A stretch of DNA of 12,941 bases, taken from positions 1 to 12,941 of the forward strand of contig JBDRUX010000071.1 of assembly GCA_039801565.1 (NCBI GenBank), in the 5' to 3' direction. Below are positions 7,201-12,941 of the stretch, piece after piece. The translations under genes and the position numbers were made by a program. Below the pieces are notes generated by a model. It saw only the letters and a program-made list of their open reading frames with translations, was not told the origin of the DNA and did not search any database. How positions within the stretch are numbered: position 1 is the first letter of the stretch; every line of letters begins with the position of its first letter. The stretch comes from a candidate division WOR-3 bacterium. Lineage in GTDB: Bacteria > Hydrothermota > Tepidihabitantia > Tepidihabitantales > JAOUPE01.

Positions 7201-8571
7201 TCCGATTGTCCAGGGCGCGAAGTTAATTAGCCTTTCTTCCCCAGGATTCAAATTTGTCACATTAGCAGTTGTGCTCCAAGTAACAGGGCCAGTGATACGG
7301 AAAATCACACTTAAATTTTCCTGATGAGTTCCGTAATTTTGAATCTTAGCTTGCGGAATTAAAGTAGCGGTTGAATCAATATAACCGGTTGGCACAAGGA
7401 TTTTAGTCACCCCAACATCACGCACCCGTACTGTTACTGAACCGGTCTGACGGTTATCACTCGGTTTCATATCACCAACCAAGGCGGTACTACATCTTGT
7501 GGTATGAGTTCCCCGTGGCAGGGCAATCCAGGGGTCAAAACTGGTAGTCTCGGCGGCACCACTTGCCAAAGTCAAAACCCGGGAAGATGCGTAGCCAGTA
7601 CTGATCCAAAAATAGACTGTAAAAGTCTCGGTTGTTGTGCCATAATTTCTTATCTCTGCCTTCGGTATAATCACTTGACCCGAGTCAACTGTGCCAGTTG
7701 GAGCAATAATTGCAGCGGTGCCAACATTACGCACTCTAACTGTAACATAGCCAATGGTTCGGTCATTACTACGGTTAATATCGTTGGGATGCTCAGTTGA
7801 ACAACGCACCAGATGGGTGCCGCGTTGCAGTGCGGTCCAGTTGGTAAAGGTCCTGGTTTGACTGCCCCCGGGTGGTAAATTTGTTACCTGCTGAGCATTA
7901 TTATAGAAAGAACCGATGCGCATCCGGACATTGAAAGTGGAAATAAAATCACCAAAATTGTAAACCACACCTTGCGGCGTAACTACTTGACCAGAATCCA
8001 CTGTATCAGTCGGTGCGATAATTTGGGTACAGCCGACATCATAACGATATCCGTAGAGATAAACATCATCAATATAAACTCCTTCAGCTGTACCACTACC
8101 ATCGCTGGCGAAACGGAAACGGATGGCAGTGGCATTATTGGGAATATTTGCCATCACCTGCTGGTCAAAACCACCGTAATTGCCGGCTCTTGCCCAATGA
8201 GTGATCCAATTGCTACCCTGGCGATACTCAAAATAGATGTAATCGTTAGATTGGGTATTCTGCCAGATTGAAAAGACGACCGCAGCATTTTCGTAACCAG
8301 AGAGATTAATATTTCTTTGCATCCAATTATTCTGATTATTGGAATAATTAGCATTAGGAGTACATTTGGCGCTATACGGTGAGGACTTATAACGAGTCGA
8401 GACACGGGTCCAAGGACCGCCGGTTCCTCCGGTTGTCCAGTTCGTTGGGAAATTGGTCATATCATCATACCAGATAAGAACCTGGGCATTGGCTTGCAAG
8501 ACAAAAGCCAAGCCGATGAGTATTAATCCAAACGTTTTAATTTTAAGTTGTTGGAAATTTATTTTACTCAT
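4294..8571 (-). CDS. Secreted T9SS type-A sorting-domain protein: signal peptide, N-terminal beta-sandwich (adhesin/MAM-like), 8 CARDB/Ig-like repeats, 6-bladed Kelch-like propeller, CTD
   Basis: ATG at 8571 lies 5 nt from an SD-like GAGGGGG (8577-8583), so it is preferred over GTG 8574. Signal peptide ends ...LQANA|Q. N-domain motifs IRFRFASD and EGVYIDDV. Six (Y/F)x(L/F)K...TxEF(Y/W)xY blades. CTD motifs IVPNPAS...LKLYSACGELV...LPVGVYVVKL...KKLVKMR. Confidence 0.9.
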   Translation of the reverse strand: MSKINFQQLKIKTFGLILIGLAFVLQANAQVLIWYDDMTNFPTNWTTGGTGGPWTRVSTRYKSSPYSAKCTPNANYSNNQNNWMQRNINLSGYENAAVVFSIWQNTQSNDYIYFEYRQGSNWITHWARAGNYGGFDQQVMANIPNNATAIRFRFASDGSGTAEGVYIDDVYLYGYRYDVGCTQIIAPTDTVDSGQVVTPQGVVYNFGDFISTFNVRMRIGSFYNNAQQVTNLPPGGSQTRTFTNWTALQRGTHLVRCSTEHPNDINRSNDRTIGYVTVRVRNVGTAAIIAPTGTVDSGQVIIPKAEIRNYGTTTETFTVYFWISTGYASSRVLTLASGAAETTSFDPWIALPRGTHTTRCSTALVGDMKPSDNRQTGSVTVRVRDVGVTKILVPTGYIDSTATLIPQAKIQNYGTHQENLSVIFRITGPVTWSTTANVTNLNPGEERLINFAPWTIGPRGNYTTRCSTALVGDQITANNWRDSSFVVRVHDVGVVDISSPPSSVDSNTTVPVTATVRNYGSETENFSVQFRIGNFYTSNRTLTLLPGEWAVVNFDTWQVLQTRNTYFYACSTSLGNDANPNNNIKTGSVTVQVHDVGVAQILSPPSQVDTNTNVPVQALVKNYGTYQETFTVEFRIDNFYSDTSTITIQAGDSSFVNFATWSVTQPRGNYSLRCSTKLSSDANPNNNIQSGSVAIMVHDVGVATFNSPPPEVDTNTTVLVSATVANYGTYNETFNVRYKIGNFYSSVRSVTVAPNSSQLVIFDDWPVLQPRGTYPRQCSTMVSNDVNPNNNQISGLITVNVHDVGVIGFANLPTAVDSGTAVTIQAQVANYGTYSENFTVQCLIAPNYNSVRNITLPAGETTLVTFDLWNALTRNYNLVQCTVQLNDNNPENNYQSESVFVVVRDVAVLAIIVPAETTSQGQGIVPKTQVFNFGNQSVSCPVWFKITKGLTPIYLDTVNINLEPNSQLVVEFAPWRPESLGIYWLETRVVLPGDMHPNNDFLTGSTIVSPYFAWIQKSPLPLGSGKKVKQGGSLVFVPESTVYALKGSNTNEFYRYHIANDSWTQVCSIPSLGAKPKRVKGGACLCYGGGYIYALKGSNTAEFWRYTPQVDSWYEKQPVPAGPKGKKIKGGSGLAFVTKDDTNFIFCLKGSKTDEFYAYWIDADTWLVRKSITLAPSGKPISNGSCMTYDLLTNTIFVLKAKTNEFYAYDVNQDSWRIKTPMPLFGTMNKKKKVKDGAAIVSDGAGLLYAFKGGNTNEFWAYEIEKDTWVTKEPIPLGTNKKRVKAGGSLTIAPGLKRIYAFKGGNTNEFWMYKMAQPQLQIPSPYNAQEGITSSSNQPLKNNRVNIVPNPASKVAMVEYELARPAGLILKLYSACGELVQILSYPANANMGKIKLDISELPVGVYVVKLESPHCKLSKKLVKMR
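5545..8043 (-). repeat. Eight intragenic ~104-aa Ig/CARDB-like tandem domains
   Basis: Repeat starts (xDVGV-like) at 8043, 7731, 7422, 7104, 6792, 6480, 6168 and 5862, spaced 306-318 nt apart. Each has an N(Y/F)G motif and a C-terminal DxxPxN(N/D)-like motif. Confidence 0.9.
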
Positions 8572-8632
8572 CACAACCCCCTCTTTTTATGGCGGCTTAA
8601 GACTTTGATTCTTGGCTTCCCCTGATTGGTAT

Positions 8633-8661
8633 ATTATAACAAAATAATCGGTGCTTGTCAA
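8633..8661 (-). promoter_or_regulatory. Consensus sigma70 promoter for the large secreted protein
   Basis: On the minus strand: TTGACA (8661-8656), 17-nt spacer, TATAAT (8638-8633), with an extended -10 TGn. Confidence 0.8.
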
Positions 8662-8833
8662 TATTTTTAGATAAACTGGCTTTATGAAACCACTTTAAAT
8701 CAAATAAACCTCTTGAGCAAACCCAAAAAGAAACTAAATGTTAAACAAACCAATTTTTTGGTAATCCTTAAACTTCAGAAGAAATGTTTAGTTTAGAAAG
8801 AAGGCATCGAACAGTTCCACTAAATTACTAATA

Positions 8834-8861
8834 TTGACTAAAATCGGCTTAGGCATATAAT
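8834..8861 (+). promoter_or_regulatory. Sigma70 promoter for the PorU-like gene, predicting a leaderless transcript
   Basis: TTGACT (8834-8839), 16-nt spacer, TATAAT (8856-8861). ATG 8868 follows after 6 nt and there is no SD. Confidence 0.7.
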
Positions 8862-8867
8862 TGACTA

Positions 8868-11800
8868 ATGCGGGATACAAAAATATTGCTCTTTATCTTA
8901 CCAATTTTGGCTTTGGTCAGTTATAACTTCGCCAAGGTGCGGAATCTCGAACCTACGTCGATACGAAAGGAAGTGGAGGTATTAACAAATAACAATGGAA
9001 AATTTGTGGTCTTAAACGCTTCGGATAGCGGAATCACCTTTCAATTCTTCACAAAGATTGATGAAAAGCCCAAGGAGTTACCTTTAGAACAGAATGGAAA
9101 GCGAGCCCTGTACCATCAAATTGAATTGGCTGGCTGTGAACGATTAATGGCAAGCGTTGGCAACCCCGATTTACCAATGTGTCAGGTTTTGATTGGAATA
9201 CCACAAACCGGTTCGGTTTATACTCAAGTCAAAACCGCTGGGATAAAAATTTATCATAATATCAATATCGCTCCGGTACCAAAATTAACTTGGTCCGATG
9301 TCACATTTGAACCAGCCGGAGTATATAACCAAAACCAGTTTTATCCAGAAGAGGTAGTAGCAATTAAAGAAATCGGTTATTGGCGTGATGTTCGGGTTGC
9401 GAAATTAATCATTTCACCAGCTCAATTTAATCCAGTTCAAAAGGAATTGATTCTTTATGAAACCTTGACTGTTAGCGTAAACTTTTCTCAAAAACCCCAG
9501 GCTTTCCAACACAAACCGGATGTATTTGATAGAATCTATGAACGGACATTATTAAACGGCACCAAGGCAAAATTTTGGCGAATCCCTTCAAGCGCTTCAA
9601 CCCAAAAGCAAACCACCAATTTCTTTAGCACTGCCAGTAATTGGATTAAGATTAAAATTGAATCCACCGGGGTTTATAAGATTAGTTATCAAGACTTAAA
9701 AAATCTAAACCTTAATCTTCGAACAATTAATCCAAAGACCTTTCGGCTCTTCAATATTGGCAAATGGTCATCAAATCTCGACTATCCGGACACTATGGTT
9801 GAAATTCCCATCTATGTGTATGGTGAACAAGATTCATCTTTTGATACCCAGGATTACATCATATTCTATGGCAACTCGGTATCAGACTGGGACAGCGCCG
9901 GCAACTTGTTCCAGACCAATTACTTCACCAATTACAACTGTTATTGGTTAACCTATGGCACTGAACCTGGCTTACGAATACCGACTCTATCCGCCCCGCC
10001 GTCCCCTAATTTTCCAGTGATTCATACTACCCGTTCTAAGATTCACTATGAACAAGACAAATTATGCCCGGCTCGCTCTGGCTTATTATGGTTGTGGGAA
10101 AATGTGACGAAAGCGGTGGACCAATCGGAAATTAATTTAGAGATTCCAATCGTTATACCGAATGTGGATTCGATTGAAAAAATCAGGATTGCATTATATC
10201 AGCCCGAGACAAATTTGAGCGCCAATTTCAATGTCTATCTGAATGAAATAATGGTAGGGACTGGACAATTTCGAACTGCACGTTATACACCGTACATCTG
10301 GACTAAAGACTCTCTGCCCAAGGTTAACTCTGACCAAAATACTCTACGCATTCAACTCTTCGGCTCAGGTGAAATGCAACTGTATCTTGACTATATTGAT
10401 GTTTTTTATTGCCAGAAACTCAATCTTAATCGGTATGACCTCACTTTCACTATTGATTCCTTAGGCAATGCTGGAACAATTAATGTAAAGGAAGTGACAC
10501 GGACGCCGATTATCTTAGATATAACTGATAGAAGAAAACCCAGGTTGATTACCAATTTCATTCAAAATAGCGATTCTTTGTTATTTTGGGTCGATCCATC
10601 CCCTCAAACCCGATGTTATCATATTACGGATCTTGGCAAACTAAAAAAACCGGTAAAGATTGAATTACGCCAACCGGGTAAACTTAAAACTAACCCAAAC
10701 CGGGTTGACTATTACATTATAGCACCGGACGAATTATATCCATCTGCCCAACTAATTGCCCAATATCGCACCAACAATATAACCAATATCCCTAACGCCC
10801 GAGCCGATGCCGTCAAACTCAGTAACATATACGATGATTATTCCTTTGGCATCGAAGAACCCGGAGCAATAAGGCAATTTTTCAAGGACAAACGACCAAT
10901 TTATGGGTTACTGGTCGGCGATGCCACTTACGATTATAAAAACAACCTTGGCTTTAATGACTTCCCGATGCTACCGGCTTATGAGCAAGGATTTGATTTT
11001 GACCCGGATGTTTACTCGATGCAAGCATTAGCCTTGGATGTCTACTATGCCCGACTCGATAACGACCAGTATCCGGATATGATATTAGGCAGGATAACCG
11101 CTCGGACCGATCGGGCGGTACGAGAATTCCTAAACAAGGTTAAAGAATACGAGTTAAAACCCGATGGCTTTTGGAATAGCAGGTTGTTGCTTTTAGCCGA
11201 TGACGAATGGGTTGGAGCTGGTAAACCGGACCAAGGAATGATTTGGACTCACATTATAGACTGCGAAGCGATTGCCAACGCTTATCAAGACAGGCTTGAA
11301 CCGGTAAAGGTCTATCTAACAGAGTATCCATTTGCCCCGAGCACTGAATATGCTAAACCCCAAGCCCGAACCAGTTTCATCCAAGCCTTAAATCAAGGCG
11401 CCTTGCTATTATACTATTTTGGGCATGGTGCCGGTTGGCAACTTGCCCACGAAAAGGCATTTTATGTTGAAGAAGATGTGGTAAAAGTTAATAATGGGCG
11501 GAGAAATCCCTTTGCCTTTTTTGGCAGTTGCGGGGTGGGTAGATTTGAAGATACTCGTTATCAGGCGATTGCCGAAGAACTGGTGCGAAAACCGGATGGT
11601 TGCATTGGTACAATTGGAGCAACCAAAGCAACCAGTGCTGGCACCAATTTATACTTTGCTCTGGCGCTAACCAATATTATCACCGATACCTTTCCGGTAA
11701 CGATTGGCGAGGCTTTCTTTGGCGCTTGGACCTATGATACAAAATATCATCTTTTTGGTGACCCGGCAACGGTATTAAACTTACCGCAGACCAGTAATGT

Positions 11801-12851
11801 CCGATTTCAAGTTATACCCGACACTTTTCGCTTAGGTGAAGTTTGCAGTCTTATCTGCTCTATCCCTTCAATCCCAGCCAATTATTATCTCACCGTTTAT
11901 GGTCCAAAGTGGTTAAGGACTTATTCGAGTTATTTCAATAATCGAGTTAATACTATTAATTATCAATTACCTGGGTATGAACTCTTTCGTGGTGTCGGTA
12001 AAGTGAGAGACTCCCAATTGTTCAATCGGTTATTCATTATTCCGCGGGGGCAAAATGAATTTATGCGGGGTGATGGTTATACTCAGATTGCTAATAGTGC
12101 CAGAATCGGTCTTGGCTATACTGATAGCCGATTTTATTATTATGCGACAAAGGACTCTGTGCCGATATCATATGACACCACACCACGAGTTGATACCGTT
12201 GGTCCTATGGTTAACTTATATGCTTCGGGTAAATTGCTTGCCAATGGTTCTTTGGTTCCAGAGCAATTTTTTTTATCCGGTACACTTTACGATATTTCTG
12301 GTATTCTCATCTTGACTAATACAGTTACTGGCTGTTCCTTATTTTTTTACGATCCTGCGAGCGGCGTACCAATTGGTTTAGGAGAGTATTTCATATATGA
12401 CAATAATTCATATACTCAAGGACGCTTCACTTATCCAGAACCGTTACGGCTAACCAAGTCGACCGATACGTTGGTTGTTATGGCTTATGATTGTTTGCTT
12501 AACCAGACTAAAATCCAACTTGAATTGAATTTGCAAAAGCCAGGGCTAAGGATACTTGATGCATTGGTCTATCCCAATCCGGTCAAGACAAAAACCTATT
12601 TCACATTCAAACTAACAAAATCGGCGGTAGTTCGAGTAAGTGTTTACACCATTAATGGTAGGTTAGTGAAGCGATTGGGGCCTGTTCTCTGTTCGAGTGG
12701 TTATAATCAAATCGAATGGGATGGTAGAGATGAGACTGGCGTCTATCCTGCTAATGGTGTTTATCTCTATACCATAAAGGCAACATATTATGATGATGCT
12801 GGTCAGGGAATTACCACGACTGTAACCGAAAAGATATTAATTTCCAGATAA
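8868..12851 (+). CDS. porU: Peptidase C25 (gingipain-family) protein, PorU-like type IX secretion sortase, with C-terminal FlgD-Ig/CTD
   Basis: Signal peptide; gingipain-propeptide-like region (GNPDLP...IGIP, FYPEE, GYWRDVRV...QFNP); PorU-type WIKIKIESTGVYKISYQDL; C25 motifs YYIIAP, IYDDYSFG, LLVGDATYDYKN, LGRI; catalytic YFGHG and GSCGVGRF; C-terminal VYPNPV...VYTINGRLV...WDGRDETG...ANGVYLY. Confidence 0.8.
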   Translation: MRDTKILLFILPILALVSYNFAKVRNLEPTSIRKEVEVLTNNNGKFVVLNASDSGITFQFFTKIDEKPKELPLEQNGKRALYHQIELAGCERLMASVGNPDLPMCQVLIGIPQTGSVYTQVKTAGIKIYHNINIAPVPKLTWSDVTFEPAGVYNQNQFYPEEVVAIKEIGYWRDVRVAKLIISPAQFNPVQKELILYETLTVSVNFSQKPQAFQHKPDVFDRIYERTLLNGTKAKFWRIPSSASTQKQTTNFFSTASNWIKIKIESTGVYKISYQDLKNLNLNLRTINPKTFRLFNIGKWSSNLDYPDTMVEIPIYVYGEQDSSFDTQDYIIFYGNSVSDWDSAGNLFQTNYFTNYNCYWLTYGTEPGLRIPTLSAPPSPNFPVIHTTRSKIHYEQDKLCPARSGLLWLWENVTKAVDQSEINLEIPIVIPNVDSIEKIRIALYQPETNLSANFNVYLNEIMVGTGQFRTARYTPYIWTKDSLPKVNSDQNTLRIQLFGSGEMQLYLDYIDVFYCQKLNLNRYDLTFTIDSLGNAGTINVKEVTRTPIILDITDRRKPRLITNFIQNSDSLLFWVDPSPQTRCYHITDLGKLKKPVKIELRQPGKLKTNPNRVDYYIIAPDELYPSAQLIAQYRTNNITNIPNARADAVKLSNIYDDYSFGIEEPGAIRQFFKDKRPIYGLLVGDATYDYKNNLGFNDFPMLPAYEQGFDFDPDVYSMQALALDVYYARLDNDQYPDMILGRITARTDRAVREFLNKVKEYELKPDGFWNSRLLLLADDEWVGAGKPDQGMIWTHIIDCEAIANAYQDRLEPVKVYLTEYPFAPSTEYAKPQARTSFIQALNQGALLLYYFGHGAGWQLAHEKAFYVEEDVVKVNNGRRNPFAFFGSCGVGRFEDTRYQAIAEELVRKPDGCIGTIGATKATSAGTNLYFALALTNIITDTFPVTIGEAFFGAWTYDTKYHLFGDPATVLNLPQTSNVRFQVIPDTFRLGEVCSLICSIPSIPANYYLTVYGPKWLRTYSSYFNNRVNTINYQLPGYELFRGVGKVRDSQLFNRLFIIPRGQNEFMRGDGYTQIANSARIGLGYTDSRFYYYATKDSVPISYDTTPRVDTVGPMVNLYASGKLLANGSLVPEQFFLSGTLYDISGILILTNTVTGCSLFFYDPASGVPIGLGEYFIYDNNSYTQGRFTYPEPLRLTKSTDTLVVMAYDCLLNQTKIQLELNLQKPGLRILDALVYPNPVKTKTYFTFKLTKSAVVRVSVYTINGRLVKRLGPVLCSSGYNQIEWDGRDETGVYPANGVYLYTIKATYYDDAGQGITTTVTEKILISR

Positions 12852-12865
12852 TCAAATTCGACGCA

Positions 12866-12922
12866 GTCGAATTCTTGAGGAATTTTCTTTTTATCTTTCA
12901 AAATCGGCTTTGCCGATTCGAC
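12866..12922 (+). repeat. Dispersed intergenic repeat, copy 2 (REP/MITE-like), bounded by the 7-bp inverted repeat GTCGAAT/ATTCGAC
   Basis: Shares a 29-nt identical core with 4088-4116. Internal hairpin AATCGGC-TTT-GCCGATT (12902-12918). Overlapping upstream hairpin AATTCGAC-GCA-GTCGAATT (12855-12873). Confidence 0.85.
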
Positions 12923-12941
12923 AAGTAAAGAAATTTTGTTC

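Noticed and set aside
5545..8043. Diversity-generating retroelement or recent DNA duplication among the Ig repeats
   Set aside because: The repeats are diverged at all base types with no adenine-specific TR/VR pair, and there is no reverse transcriptase in the window.
865..12315. Short alternative-frame or antisense ORFs inside the large genes (865-1113, 3468-3659, 5202-5549, 6049-6270, 6582-6845, 7504-7800, 7972-8271, 8154-8405, 9757-9951, 12055-12315)
   Set aside because: All are fully nested in well-supported CDSs with no motifs, so they are treated as shadow ORFs.
8868..12851. Enrichment of Bacteroidota-type O-glycosylation sequons D(S/T)(A/I/L/V/M/T)
   Set aside because: About 10 were counted by eye in 1327 aa versus about 3 in the 711-aa cytoplasmic Res fragment, too small a difference to claim.

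Overview
Bacterial genomic window, probably from an FCB-affiliated lineage such as candidate phylum WOR-3. That assignment is inferred from the style of the T9SS-cargo proteins and is not verified. From left to right it holds: (1) the 3' part of a type III restriction-modification Res subunit; (2) a compact unannotated module made of a frameshifted ~116-codon gene, whose product resembles the SIRV2-fold (Adnaviria) A-DNA-wrapping capsid protein of archaeal filamentous viruses, followed within 10 bp by a gap-free array of 20 degenerate 12-bp units; (3) a CDF-family cation efflux transporter; and (4) a divergent gene pair encoding a 1425-aa secreted protein (8 Ig/CARDB-like repeats, a Lys-rich Kelch-like propeller and a T9SS C-terminal domain) and a PorU/gingipain-like C25 peptidase. 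The divergent pair is bracketed by two direct copies of a ~52-bp hairpin-forming repeat. The most interesting signal is the capsid-like gene plus 12-bp array, because SIRV2-fold dimers are known to cover 12 bp of DNA each. The capsid homology is recognised by eye from remembered sequence and needs profile or structure confirmation.
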